Assembly (NCBI GenBank): GCA_045121195.1
Contig: JBGVFO010000044.1
Location: 3,899 to 67,898 of the forward strand
Source of the DNA: Eubacteriales bacterium
GTDB taxonomy: Bacteria > Bacillota > Clostridia > Oscillospirales > CAG-272
Direction of reading: 5' to 3'
DNA length: 64,000 nt
Below, one piece after another: positions 18,898 through 28,760 of this stretch (its first letter is position 1; every line of letters begins with the position of its first letter). Below the pieces are notes generated by a model. That model was given only the letters and a program-made list of their open reading frames with translations, made no database searches and was not told the DNA's origin. The translations under genes were made by a program, and so were the position numbers.

Positions 18898-19470
18898 ATG
18901 ACAGATACGAAAAAGATCATGATCGTCGGCGTTGGCGGACAGGGAACCCTCCTCGCCAGCCGCATTCTCGGAAACACCGTGATCGGTGAGGGATATGACG
19001 TAAAGGTATCCGAGGTTCACGGAATGAGCCAGCGCGGCGGAAGCGTCGTGACCTACGTGAAGTACGGTGAAAAGGTCTGGTCTCCCATCATCGACAAGGG
19101 GGAGGCGGATCTGATCCTCGCCTTCGAGATGCTGGAGGCGTACCGTGCGTTGCCCTATCTTAAGAAGGGCGGCAAGATGATCGCCAACACCCAGGAGATG
19201 TCGCCGATGCCCGTGATTACGGGTGCGGCAAAGTATCCCGAGAATATTGCCGAGAAGCTTTCTTCCGCGGCGGATGTGACATGGATAGATGCCCTCGCCC
19301 TTGCCCGCGAGGCAGGAAACACCAAGGCAGTCAACGTGGTTCTTATCGGTCTTATGGCAAAGAACACTGAGATCCCCTATGAAAAGTGGGTCGAGGCGGT
19401 AAAGAAGACGGTTCCCGAGAAGTTCCTTGAGGTCAATCTCAAGGCGTTTGATCTCGGTTACAATCACTGA
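18898..19470 (+). CDS. iorB: indolepyruvate:ferredoxin oxidoreductase subunit beta
   Basis: MTDTKKIMIVGVGGQGTLLASRILG is the gamma-type oxidoreductase fold. ATG 18898 follows AAGGAGGG; the track start at 18862 lies inside iorA. Confidence 0.85.
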   Translation: MTDTKKIMIVGVGGQGTLLASRILGNTVIGEGYDVKVSEVHGMSQRGGSVVTYVKYGEKVWSPIIDKGEADLILAFEMLEAYRALPYLKKGGKMIANTQEMSPMPVITGAAKYPENIAEKLSSAADVTWIDALALAREAGNTKAVNVVLIGLMAKNTEIPYEKWVEAVKKTVPEKFLEVNLKAFDLGYNH

Positions 19471-19500
19471 ATTTTACAAAAAAAGAAAGGACTGATCCCT

Positions 19501-20811
19501 TTGGCATTCTATCAAAAAGAAATCGAATGTATGCCCCGTGAGGAGCTTCGCAAACTGCAAAGTGAGCGCCTCTGCTGGCAGGTAAACCGTATGTACGAGC
19601 GTGTTGAGCTGTTCCGCAAGCGTATGGATGAGCTTGGACTCAAGCCCTCGGATATCAAGGGTGTAGAGGACCTTCCCAAGCTTCCGTTCTCCTATAAGCA
19701 GGATCTGCGTGACTATTATCCTTACGGACTGTTCGCAGAGCCTATGAAGGACATCGTTCGTGTCCACGCTTCTTCGGGTACGACGGGAAAGAAGATCGTT
19801 GTCGGTTATACCAAGAAGGACCTTGAGGATTGGGCGGACGGTGTTGCCAGAATGCTGATCGCCATCGGCGAGGGAGCGGATTCCTTCGCGCAGGTCTCTT
19901 ACGGCTACGGTCTGTTTACCGGCGGTCTTGGCGCACACGGCGGCGCGGAGAAGATCGGTGCGACCGTGATTCCCACCTCTGCGGGCAATACCCAGATGCA
20001 GATCCAGACCATGATCGACTTTGGCTCAACGGTGCTGTTCTGTACCCCCTCTTACGCGCTTTACCTTGGCGAAACAGTTGAGGAAATGGGTGTGAAGGAT
20101 CAGCTTTCTCTTCGCGCGGGCGTGTTCGGTGCAGAGCCCTGGACCGAGGATATGCGCCGTGCCATTGAGGATAAGCTTGGCATCAAGGCATACGATATTT
20201 ACGGACTTTCCGAGATCATGGGTCCCGGTGTCAGCGGTGAGTGCGAGTACCAGTGCGGCATGCACGTTTGGGAGGATATGTTCATCCCCGAGATCATCGA
20301 TCCCGAAACCCTTGAAGTTCTTCCTTACGGAGAAAAGGGAGAGCTGGTATTCACTACCATTACCAAGGAGGGATTCCCCCTCATTCGCTACCGTACCCGT
20401 GATATCTGCTCTTTGAATGCCGAGCCCTGTAAGTGCGGCAGAACCCATATCCGTATGGCAAAGCCTACGGGACGAAGCGACGATATGCTGATCATTCGCG
20501 GCGTCAACGTCTTCCCGTCCCAGATCGAGGAGGTCCTCATCAAGTTCGGTGAGGCGTCAGGCATCACTCCCAACTATCAGATCATCGTTGACCGTGTCAA
20601 CAATAACGATACCTTTGACGTTATGGTAGAAATGAGCGAGCATCTGTTTGCCGATGACGTCAAATCCATCGAGAAGGTGGAAAAGACGCTGACCGAGCAG
20701 CTTCGCTCCACCCTTGGCATCGGCGCCAAGGTTCACCTCGTTAATCCCAAGTCGATCACGCGCAGCGAGGGAAAAGCAAAACGCGTTATCGATAAGCGTA
20801 AGCTTTCGTAA
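19501..20811 (+). CDS. paaK: phenylacetate-CoA ligase family protein (PaaK-like)
   Basis: 436 aa. N-terminus [18 protein letters not shown] and [14 protein letters not shown] are typical of PaaK-type ligases. TTG start; ATG 19531 is possible. Confidence 0.85.
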   Translation: MAFYQKEIECMPREELRKLQSERLCWQVNRMYERVELFRKRMDELGLKPSDIKGVEDLPKLPFSYKQDLRDYYPYGLFAEPMKDIVRVHASSGTTGKKIVVGYTKKDLEDWADGVARMLIAIGEGADSFAQVSYGYGLFTGGLGAHGGAEKIGATVIPTSAGNTQMQIQTMIDFGSTVLFCTPSYALYLGETVEEMGVKDQLSLRAGVFGAEPWTEDMRRAIEDKLGIKAYDIYGLSEIMGPGVSGECEYQCGMHVWEDMFIPEIIDPETLEVLPYGEKGELVFTTITKEGFPLIRYRTRDICSLNAEPCKCGRTHIRMAKPTGRSDDMLIIRGVNVFPSQIEEVLIKFGEASGITPNYQIIVDRVNNNDTFDVMVEMSEHLFADDVKSIEKVEKTLTEQLRSTLGIGAKVHLVNPKSITRSEGKAKRVIDKRKLS

Positions 20812-20823
20812 GGAGGAACCGAT

Positions 20824-21225
20824 ATGCTTGTAAAACAGCTTTCTATTTTCGTAGAGAATAAGCCCGGCAGACTGTCGGCTATTATCAATCTTCTTGGACA
20901 GCATCACGTAAACCTGAGCGCCCTGTCGCTGGCGGATACCACCAACTTCGGTGTACTGCGTCTGATTGCTGACAAGACCGACGTGGCGCAGGAGGTCCTC
21001 CGCGAGGAGGGCATCGTATCCAAGTGCGCCGACGTTCTGGCGGTTGCTATTGACGACACCCCCGGTTCGCTGACGGGAATTCTCGATCTCTTCAATGAGA
21101 ACGGCGTTTCCGTTGAGTATATGTACGCCTTCAGCGCAAAGCAGGAGGGCAAGGCACAGATGGTGGTCAAGACCGACTCCCTGGAGAAGGCGGAAGCCCT
21201 TCTTAAGGACTATATTGCAAAATAA
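20824..21225 (+). CDS. ACT-domain protein (tandem ACT)
   Basis: 133 aa. MLVKQLSIFVENKPGRLSAI and a second repeat VLAVAIDDTPGSLTGIL. This is the small ACT protein that commonly follows PaaK-like genes. Confidence 0.75.
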   Translation: MLVKQLSIFVENKPGRLSAIINLLGQHHVNLSALSLADTTNFGVLRLIADKTDVAQEVLREEGIVSKCADVLAVAIDDTPGSLTGILDLFNENGVSVEYMYAFSAKQEGKAQMVVKTDSLEKAEALLKDYIAK

Positions 21226-21231
21226 AATTTG

Positions 21232-21263
21232 CCCCGAGGCAACGCCTCGGGGCTTCTTTTTTT
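21232..21263. terminator. bidirectional intrinsic terminator between convergent operons
   Basis: CCCCGAGGC-aac-GCCTCGGGG (9 bp) followed by a T-run. A-rich on the other side. Confidence 0.7.
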
Positions 21264-22260
21264 ATGCCATCGTTTCCAGCATTTTGAGGGTGACCTCATA
21301 CTGACAGGGCTCGCCTGCGACGAAACGGTCAAATTCTTTCGCCATATATTTCGCCATACGGCAGGTCTCGGGACCAAGGCTTCCCGCGATATGAGGAGTC
21401 AGGAAGCAGTTGGGGAGAGAATAGAAGGGGTGTCCCTCGACGGGGGGCTCGGGAAAGGTAACGTCAAGCACTGCCGTAAGATCGGGGCGTTCCCGGAGGA
21501 TGCGTACGAGATCGTCCTCGACCACCTGCGCGCCACGACCGGTGTTTATGAAGGTAGCGCGGGGAAGCATCCGCTTGAAGCAATCGTAATTCAACATTCC
21601 CTGGGTCGCGGCATTGTTGGCAAGATGGTTGGAAACCACCGAGCAGGTGGAGAACAGCTCTTCAAGAGAGCAAGGGAATACGCCCAGCTCCTCGGCGCGC
21701 TCCTGTGACAGGAAGGGATCAAAGACCATGACCTTGAGATCAAAATTTCGGAGATGCTTCGCCACAAGAGAGCCGATCATTCCCGCACCGATGAGTCCCA
21801 CTCTTTGGCGGAAGTTGCCGGGAAAGGCGTCACGGATCGCTTGCGCCTCCGCTACGTTTCCACCCGACATAAGGGCGCTGTGCGTGTAGAAGCCCTTACC
21901 GGCAAGAAGAATTTGCGAGAGAGCGTACTCGGCAACGGGAACGGCGTTTGCCGCCCAGGCGCTGAATACGTGAACGCCGCAGTTCAGAAAGGGACGGGCA
22001 AAGCTTTGCACGGTACCCGCGGCGTAAAAGACGGCGCGGAGCTTCGGGAAGCAGCGCGTGATCTCCTCCTCGGAGAATCGGGGCATCCCCCAGGTGGAGA
22101 AAATAAATTCGGTGTCGGCAAAGCGTTCAGGCTCCGTCAGTACGTCCTCCTTGGAGAAGATGGTTTCACAGAGATCGGCAAAGCCCTTCAGATATGCCCT
22201 TGTATCTTCGTCGTATACGGTGGGAATGTGCTTGGTGCTGCCCAAAAAGATCGATTTCAT
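21262..22260 (-). CDS. D-isomer-specific 2-hydroxyacid dehydrogenase family protein
   Basis: 332 aa. NAD-binding VGLIGAGMIGSLVAKHL, and RGAQV ... TPHIAG catalytic region. Confidence 0.8.
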   Translation of the reverse strand: MKSIFLGSTKHIPTVYDEDTRAYLKGFADLCETIFSKEDVLTEPERFADTEFIFSTWGMPRFSEEEITRCFPKLRAVFYAAGTVQSFARPFLNCGVHVFSAWAANAVPVAEYALSQILLAGKGFYTHSALMSGGNVAEAQAIRDAFPGNFRQRVGLIGAGMIGSLVAKHLRNFDLKVMVFDPFLSQERAEELGVFPCSLEELFSTCSVVSNHLANNAATQGMLNYDCFKRMLPRATFINTGRGAQVVEDDLVRILRERPDLTAVLDVTFPEPPVEGHPFYSLPNCFLTPHIAGSLGPETCRMAKYMAKEFDRFVAGEPCQYEVTLKMLETMA

Positions 22261-23012
22261 TTTCTGTTTGCTCCTTCCATCAGCTTGTGAAGCGTTTCCG
22301 CCTCTTTCTTAAGGGATTCCGGCTTGTTGTCCGGCATAAATTCCAAAAGAAGCGCTTGCGAACCGTCAAAGCATGACAGATATTTTTCCCAAATCGCCAT
22401 CCCGTCGGCGAGGGGGAATTTCTCCTTTTCCTTCCATTGGAATACGTGAATATTCTCGGTATAGGGCGCGATCGCCTTCGCGTAGGCGAAATTGACCTCG
22501 TCGGTGCGGAACTGATTGGGCTGCCAGTACATACGAAGGGCGGGGGAGTTCACCGCCTCCATCAGCGTAAGTGCGCCTTTAAGGCAGTTGGTAAAGGTAT
22601 TGTTATGACATTCCATACAGAGAACTACGCTCTCCGCTTCCGCGATCTGTGCCGCCTTTTTTGCCTCGGTGAGAAGGTGATCTTTTTGCTCGGCGGTCAT
22701 ATCCTCATAGTTTTTGTCACCGCACCAAAGGCGAAGAATATGTGTGCCGAGGATCTTTGCGGCGGCAATATAGCCGTGAAGCTCGTCGGTATCGTGTACG
22801 CCAAGCTTGAAATAGGTTCCGTAGGAGGAGCAGGAGATCCCCGACTCCTTCTGCAAGGCTACGATATGGCGAAGCCGTTCCGTGTCGGCGTAAGGTGCGT
22901 GAACGTCACTCCCCCATTCAATAGCGGAGAGTCCGGCATCACGGCAAAGAGCAACGATCTGCTCGGGGGAAAGGGAACGGAAGGATATGGAAACAAGTCC
23001 CGATTGAAACAT
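22257..23012 (-). CDS. sugar phosphate isomerase/epimerase (xylose-isomerase-like TIM barrel)
   Basis: 251 aa. AP-endonuclease-2/TIM-barrel-type sequence (IEWGSDVHAP ... LCMECHNNT). 4-nt overlap with the downstream gene. Confidence 0.7.
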   Translation of the reverse strand: MFQSGLVSISFRSLSPEQIVALCRDAGLSAIEWGSDVHAPYADTERLRHIVALQKESGISCSSYGTYFKLGVHDTDELHGYIAAAKILGTHILRLWCGDKNYEDMTAEQKDHLLTEAKKAAQIAEAESVVLCMECHNNTFTNCLKGALTLMEAVNSPALRMYWQPNQFRTDEVNFAYAKAIAPYTENIHVFQWKEKEKFPLADGMAIWEKYLSCFDGSQALLLEFMPDNKPESLKKEAETLHKLMEGANRK

Positions 23013-23021
23013 GGTAGCCTC

Positions 23022-24890
23022 CTAATTTTCGATGGTTTCTCGGTATTCGCGCCACATGGACTCAAAGCAGGTATCGGCATTGGGAATGGGACGAACGTGG
23101 CGCCAGGTGATACGGCAGACGCCGTTGTCCATCCGCACCTCTTGAATACGCTCCCTTGCAGGTACCGCATCGGTAGCGCAGCTACATCCCTCATAGAGGG
23201 CAGAGCCACGGGAGATCCCCACGGTGTGGGCATAATCCAGCATGGCGGAGAGCACCGCTTCCTGCACCGTTAAGGTGTCGCGGAGACGGTAGCGCTGAGG
23301 AAGGGCGTCGTCCGCATGAAGAGCGGAGGGCAGGGCGTACAGACGCCGCGTCACAGCCTCTTTCATTGTCTGCATTTCTGCCGTGCTTCGTATTGCGGCG
23401 GCACAGCGACTCATTTCGTTTTGCGTCAAGGCAAGAAGATCCTTCGCGGCTTGACCGTCGGAAAGGCCGTCACGACAGAATTCTTGATTTTTTTCGATTG
23501 CCGCCGCGGCGATCCTGATAAATTTCGCTTCGTCGAGTAACGCCTTTGGTGCGCGGGAGATGTACTGTGCGGCGCGAAGCGCACCCACCTGTCCCGCATT
23601 CAAGGCGCTTCCGCCCGGGCGGGTCACACCGTGAGTGCCGGCGCACTCGCCAATGGCGAACAGTCCCTTGACGTCGGATTGCCAGTCGGCATCCACCGAA
23701 ATGCCGCCGTTATTATGCTGAGCGCAAAGAGCGATCTCAAGCGGCTCGAGGGTGAGATCCACGCCCTTTTCGGCATAAAGATCAATGGCGGGCTGATTCA
23801 TTTTGGAAAGCCGCTCGATGGGGGTACCAAAGCAGGCGCCCGCGTTTTTCAGGTAGACAAACGCTTCCTCCGACAGCTTTTCAAAGTCAATGCACTCCAA
23901 GCCGAAGGGGTTTTTTGTGAAATCAAGGAATACGCGCCGTCCCATGGACTGCTCACGGTGAACGAGAAGGTCGATCTGAGACGAGCCGCTTTTTGCTTTT
24001 CTTGCGTCAAAGGGCCACTGATAGCCCTTGAGGAAAAGCAGGGAAAGTGCTTCGTAAGGATCGGCAAAGGTATCCGCAAGGAACTCGCGCTCCTTGCCGT
24101 TTTCGTCCATCGCGATCAGACGGGGAAGTACCTGCCTATAGGTGCCGGATACGTTCCAGCGAGGCGCAACCGACGCAAGACCGTATTGCCATTCGGTCAT
24201 ATTCTGAAGGGATGCGCCTGCCGAGAGAGCCAGTCCCGTGGAGCCTGTTTGACTTTCGGGATACACGGTATTGGCATAGATGCCCGCAGGACCGCCCGTT
24301 GCCAAGATCACGTTTTCGCAACGGAACGTTACGAAGGTGTTGTCGGCAAGATTCAAGCAAAGAAGTCCGCAAGCTCGGTCGCCGTCCGTTAAGATCTCAA
24401 CGGCAAGAAGTCCGTCGTGAACGGGAACGCCGAGCGCCGCGGCTTTTCTTTCCAGTGCTTCGGTCATATACTTTGACGTGAGGGGACCTGCGCTTGTGGC
24501 GCGGGCGAAGGGATCGTGATCGGTCTTGTAGCCGATATACTCACCGTAAGCGTTGTGGGGAAAGGGAACGCCCGCCTCGCAGAGATAGTGGAAGCAACGG
24601 GCGGAGAGTGCCGCCTCGCAAAGGGCGTGATCCCCGTCGACACAGCCGCCGGCGAAAAGGTCGCTTGCCATAGCGCGGACGCTGTCTGGCGCGTCTCCGC
24701 CGAGCCCCAGCTTATAATAGGTCTGCTTGTCGCTTCCCGTGTTGCGGGAGGTGCCGCAACGGACGCCCTCGGTTACGATACAAACCGACTTGCGACCGTC
24801 CTCACGAATGCGACAAGCTGCGCTGAAGCCTGCGGCACCCGAGCCGATCACGACAGCGTCATATTGCAATATCATAGGATTCATACGCAC
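23022..24890 (-). CDS. FAD-binding oxidoreductase (fumarate reductase/succinate dehydrogenase flavoprotein-like)
   Basis: 622 aa. YDAVVIGSGAAGFSAA dinucleotide-binding motif. GLFAIGECAG ... HGVTRPGGSALN C-terminal FAD motif. Confidence 0.75.
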   Translation of the reverse strand: MRMNPMILQYDAVVIGSGAAGFSAACRIREDGRKSVCIVTEGVRCGTSRNTGSDKQTYYKLGLGGDAPDSVRAMASDLFAGGCVDGDHALCEAALSARCFHYLCEAGVPFPHNAYGEYIGYKTDHDPFARATSAGPLTSKYMTEALERKAAALGVPVHDGLLAVEILTDGDRACGLLCLNLADNTFVTFRCENVILATGGPAGIYANTVYPESQTGSTGLALSAGASLQNMTEWQYGLASVAPRWNVSGTYRQVLPRLIAMDENGKEREFLADTFADPYEALSLLFLKGYQWPFDARKAKSGSSQIDLLVHREQSMGRRVFLDFTKNPFGLECIDFEKLSEEAFVYLKNAGACFGTPIERLSKMNQPAIDLYAEKGVDLTLEPLEIALCAQHNNGGISVDADWQSDVKGLFAIGECAGTHGVTRPGGSALNAGQVGALRAAQYISRAPKALLDEAKFIRIAAAAIEKNQEFCRDGLSDGQAAKDLLALTQNEMSRCAAAIRSTAEMQTMKEAVTRRLYALPSALHADDALPQRYRLRDTLTVQEAVLSAMLDYAHTVGISRGSALYEGCSCATDAVPARERIQEVRMDNGVCRITWRHVRPIPNADTCFESMWREYRETIEN

Positions 24891-24894
24891 TCCG

Positions 24895-25644
24895 TTACAG
24901 TCGTCTTAAGTGGAAGCCGCCGTCAATATCGAGTGCCTGCCCCGTCATATAGGGGAGCCCACCCGAAAGAAGAGAAAATACGGCGGCGGCAATGTCCTCG
25001 GGGGTGCCCCATCGCTTGATGGGGAGCAAGCCGCCGTCAATCAGCGCATCGTATTTTTCCTTGACGCCGTCGGTCATATCGGTGGCGATGATGCCCGGAC
25101 GAATCTCGTTAACGGGAATGCCGTACTCCGCAAGGCGGTCGGCAAAGAGCTTCGTTATCATAGAAACTCCTGCCTTGGAAATGCAATACTCACCACGATT
25201 GGGGGAGCTGGTATAAGCGGACAGGGAAGAGATGTTACAGATCTGACCGCGAAGACCGTTTACGGGGGAATTGTTCCGCATCTCGCGTGCAACTGCTTGG
25301 GTGAGAAACAGCGTACCCTTGGTGTTGATGTCCATCACGTAGTCATAGCTTTCCTCGGTCATCTCCAGAAGATCGGCGCGGACGCGGGGGGCAACTCCTG
25401 CTACGTTAACAAGACCGTCGATCTGTCCGAAAGTGTCGAGGGCGTGCTTGACAAGCCGCGCCCTGTCCTCGCCGCAGGCAAGATCACCGGCGATGTATGT
25501 GAAATTCTCCGAGTTGAATTTCTTCGTAACGGTATCGGCGTCCGTACGGCTCATTCCCGTGACACGGTAGCCGTTATCAAGGAGAAGACGGACGACCGCC
25601 TCACCAATGCCGCGGGCGCAGCCGCTGACGATAATATGCTTCAT
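24895..25644 (-). CDS. short-chain dehydrogenase/reductase (SDR)
   Basis: 249 aa. SGCARGIGEA cofactor motif and YCISKAG catalytic motif. Confidence 0.85.
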   Translation of the reverse strand: MKHIIVSGCARGIGEAVVRLLLDNGYRVTGMSRTDADTVTKKFNSENFTYIAGDLACGEDRARLVKHALDTFGQIDGLVNVAGVAPRVRADLLEMTEESYDYVMDINTKGTLFLTQAVAREMRNNSPVNGLRGQICNISSLSAYTSSPNRGEYCISKAGVSMITKLFADRLAEYGIPVNEIRPGIIATDMTDGVKEKYDALIDGGLLPIKRWGTPEDIAAAVFSLLSGGLPYMTGQALDIDGGFHLRRL

Positions 25645-25645
25645 G

Positions 25646-27436
25646 TTATATTCTCCTTACGCGGATGGTAACGGTCTCTTGCTTTTCAAACGCGATATTG
25701 ATGCGATAGAGCACTGCGCTTTTCCAAGAGAGCTCCAGCTTTTTATTTCCGTCAAAGCGTACGTCCTCTACCGAGATCGCGCCGCCGTCGCAGGAAATTT
25801 CGTACTTGCCGTCAAGTATGACGACGTTGTCCTTGACCTCGGGGCAATAAGGTGTCATCAGATGCTCAACCACCGATCCGTTTTCGCCGACAAAGGTAAA
25901 GCGGTCGGTTACGGAAAGTTCCGCCTCGCCCAACTGAAGGGTTCTTGTGAAATCGCCAAGACCGCTTTCCTCGGGATAAGCCTTGGGCAAGGAAGTGGTA
26001 ACGCGTCCCTCCTCTGCAAGGAAGGAATCGGCACGGAATTTCCATCCGTCGTGTTGATCAATGCCGTTTACCGTGGGAAGATTATGGTAGCCCGACTGCA
26101 TCGTCCATATGGTATAACGTTCTTTTCCAAAGGTCTGACGGGTATAGTCGCCGACGCCCGCGTCAATAAGGACGGGCGTGCCGTTATCGTACAGAATAAA
26201 GTTTCCGACGTCGTTGTGATTGTGGAACTCTCCGTTATTTCCGCCCTTTGCTCCAAGAACGAATCCGTTGTTGCGGAGGGTCGCTACCTGAAGATCGGGG
26301 AGGTAATAAAGCGCGGGGGGCGCGAAGGGGGTATCGGTATTGAGGATCTCCTGTCGGAGAGAAAGATCAAGGAGAGCGCGGCGAATACAGATGGTGTCAA
26401 CGGAAAGACGGATATGAGAGACCTTTTTCTTAAGTTTGACGGCCTCCGCCGCAAGCGCGCACATTTGAGGCTGGTTGGTCTCCTTTCCGTAGGCGTAGAT
26501 CATCGTGATGGAGCTGAGATTTTGGCTGCCGTCACCGAAATTTGCCACCTTGCCGTTGCCAACGTATACCTTTGTAATGTAGGAGCCGATGTTTCGCACC
26601 TTCTCGTCAACAAACAGATCCAGCTTTCCGCCGGTTGCCACCTTCAGCTGATACAGGACCTCAAACAGGGAGGCACCTGCGCGGATCCAGTAGCCGGGAC
26701 CCTCGTCGCATCCACCGTCGGCGGGCATACAGTCGTAGTAATGGGTAACCTCGGTGAGGATCTTTTCAATCGCCTTGCGAAGACGGAGAGGATTATGCTC
26801 CAGAAGGAGAAAGGCGGAGAGAACGTTGGAGAGGATCCAAGGATTCCAGTTGTTTACCTTCTTGAAATATCCCATCCACCAGAAATCACGGTGAGTGAGG
26901 TAGGGAACGAAGATGCGGCGTTCCATTTCATAGTCAATTCGGTCGATGATCTCAGGGCAGAAGGCGAGAAGGGGGTCGCGGAGAAGCACGCTGATAAAGG
27001 CGAGATTTTCCGCCGTTTCTCCGGCGAACAGATCAATGTAAGGATATTCGGGACTCTGTATGTTGCCGGGAGCGCCGAACCAGTGTGCGGAAACACCCCA
27101 GTAGCTTTCCTCGCAGATGGTAAAAATGCCGTTGGTGATCTGAGGGAGGAAGCGTCCCTTGTTTTCCATCAATTCGCCGAGAGACAGACAAACGAGCGCA
27201 CGTCTGCGGGCGAAATGGATGTCTTCCATAATTATTCTGTCGCCCGTTTTTTTGAATTCCATATAGTCGGTCGCCTTGATGATGGGCCAATCGTATTCCA
27301 TATGCTTTTCCGCTTCGGCTATAATGACTTCGTCATAGTGAGCATCCCAGAAAGCACGGTCATTGACGTCGGGGAACAACCGGCCCGAAAAATCCAGGGT
27401 GGAAAGATCGGTATTTTTTATTATGGTCTTAAACAT
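25646..27436 (-). CDS. heparinase II/III-like family protein, no signal peptide
   Basis: 596 aa. HNHNDVGNFILY ... IDAGVGDYT ... SGYHNLPTVNG resembles the Hepar_II_III C-terminal region as I recall it. The N-terminus is not hydrophobic. Confidence 0.65.
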   Translation of the reverse strand: MFKTIIKNTDLSTLDFSGRLFPDVNDRAFWDAHYDEVIIAEAEKHMEYDWPIIKATDYMEFKKTGDRIIMEDIHFARRRALVCLSLGELMENKGRFLPQITNGIFTICEESYWGVSAHWFGAPGNIQSPEYPYIDLFAGETAENLAFISVLLRDPLLAFCPEIIDRIDYEMERRIFVPYLTHRDFWWMGYFKKVNNWNPWILSNVLSAFLLLEHNPLRLRKAIEKILTEVTHYYDCMPADGGCDEGPGYWIRAGASLFEVLYQLKVATGGKLDLFVDEKVRNIGSYITKVYVGNGKVANFGDGSQNLSSITMIYAYGKETNQPQMCALAAEAVKLKKKVSHIRLSVDTICIRRALLDLSLRQEILNTDTPFAPPALYYLPDLQVATLRNNGFVLGAKGGNNGEFHNHNDVGNFILYDNGTPVLIDAGVGDYTRQTFGKERYTIWTMQSGYHNLPTVNGIDQHDGWKFRADSFLAEEGRVTTSLPKAYPEESGLGDFTRTLQLGEAELSVTDRFTFVGENGSVVEHLMTPYCPEVKDNVVILDGKYEISCDGGAISVEDVRFDGNKKLELSWKSAVLYRINIAFEKQETVTIRVRRI

Positions 27437-27449
27437 AAAACGCCTCCTG

Positions 27450-28760
27450 TTATTTCTTGAAATACGTTTTGTAAAGCTCGGTATAAAGGGGATCGCGGAT
27501 CACGCAGCCGGGGGTGGAACCTCCGCGCATCAGCTCGGTGCACTTGGAGCAGCAGAGGCAAAGCTTTTCCTTTTTGAGCGTTCCGCAGGTCACGATATCC
27601 TCGGCAAAGCTGGGATATGCGAAAATCGTTCTTCCGAAGCCCGCAAAGTCAAATCCGCCGTTCTCGATCAGGGCGGCGGCAACGTGAGGTGCCGCAACGC
27701 CAAGATAGGAAAGTCCCGAGGAGATCAGCTTCATATCGGGAACTGATTTTTTCAGCTCGGCGGTACCGAGAAGCATTCGTGCCACGCCGGAAAGCGGATG
27801 CTCCTCAGGCTCGTAGCCGCCCTTTGCGAAGGGACGGTTAACGTGAGGATTGAAATAAGGGTTACCCATAGAAATATTCAAAAGCTTAACGCCGAGGGCG
27901 TCCAGCTCCTTAAGAAGCCACGTGGGCTCGGAGGGGTCAAAGGCGAGGCTTCCGTCCTTGGCAACGCCGAAGCCGTAGGGATAAGGAAAGCCGTCGTATA
28001 CGTTAAGACGAGAGGACACAAGGAAGTTCTGACCGCAAGCTTGCATAGAGCCCGCAATGCTTTCCCGTAGCAGGCGAGTGCGGTTTTCAAGGCTTCCGCC
28101 GTACCGCCCCTCGCGCTCGTATGCCGAAAGAAGCTCGGAGTTGAGGTAACGGTGACAGCACTTGATGTCGACACCGTCAAATCCCACCTCCTCGGCAAGT
28201 CTTGAGGAGTGAACCAGCTGCTCGCCGATGCGGTCAAGCTCGTCATCCGAAATGATGCGGCTCTTGTCGATGGGCGCATTCTTCTCAAAGATCGGATTGT
28301 TATAGGCAATGATGGGAGCAGGGGTGCCGTGGGGCTTACTGTATCTGCCCGAGTGGGTGTTTTGCATGATGATGAGGGGCGCGTGTCCACAGGCGCGTAT
28401 TGCCGTTTCCCGAATATCGTCCACGATCCTTTTGAAGTTGTCTTTGTTATTTTCGTGGAGCCAGAGCTGACGGGGATTGGCGCGTCCATCCTCGCGGCAC
28501 GCGGTTGCTTCGAACCAAATAATGCCCGCGCCACCCTCGGCAAAGCGGCGGTAGCGGCGCACGGTCAGTTCATCGGGGGAGCCGTCGGCGGTTCCGTCGC
28601 AACCTTCCATGGCTTGACATGCCAGTCGGTTCGGTGCGGTTTTGGTTCCTACCGTAACAGATTCTTTGAGAATCGCAGTATTCTCGGAAAAGGGGAGCCC
28701 GGTATTCAGGGCGTTGTTTTCTTCTAAAAATTCATTGTTGGTTGCATATACTTTTCTCAT
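27450..28760 (-). CDS. NADH:flavin oxidoreductase (Old Yellow Enzyme family) with C-terminal Cys-rich tail
   Basis: OYE-like TIM barrel (PNRLACQAMEG ... HSGRY ... GFDGVDIKCCHRYL). ATG 28760 lies 7 nt after AGGAGGG. The track start at 28928 adds 56 residues with no support. Confidence 0.75.
   Translation of the reverse strand: MRKVYATNNEFLEENNALNTGLPFSENTAILKESVTVGTKTAPNRLACQAMEGCDGTADGSPDELTVRRYRRFAEGGAGIIWFEATACREDGRANPRQLWLHENNKDNFKRIVDDIRETAIRACGHAPLIIMQNTHSGRYSKPHGTPAPIIAYNNPIFEKNAPIDKSRIISDDELDRIGEQLVHSSRLAEEVGFDGVDIKCCHRYLNSELLSAYEREGRYGGSLENRTRLLRESIAGSMQACGQNFLVSSRLNVYDGFPYPYGFGVAKDGSLAFDPSEPTWLLKELDALGVKLLNISMGNPYFNPHVNRPFAKGGYEPEEHPLSGVARMLLGTAELKKSVPDMKLISSGLSYLGVAAPHVAAALIENGGFDFAGFGRTIFAYPSFAEDIVTCGTLKKEKLCLCCSKCTELMRGGSTPGCVIRDPLYTELYKTYFKK

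Noticed and set aside
17052-18977. 641-aa minus-strand ORF opposite iorA
   Set aside because: The plus strand encodes a recognisable IorA with ferredoxin Cys motifs and fits the operon. The minus ORF is a shadow.
25607-27460. 617-aa plus-strand ORF opposite the heparinase-like gene
   Set aside because: The minus-strand gene fits the tightly coupled operon and has family motifs. The plus ORF has no RBS or motifs.
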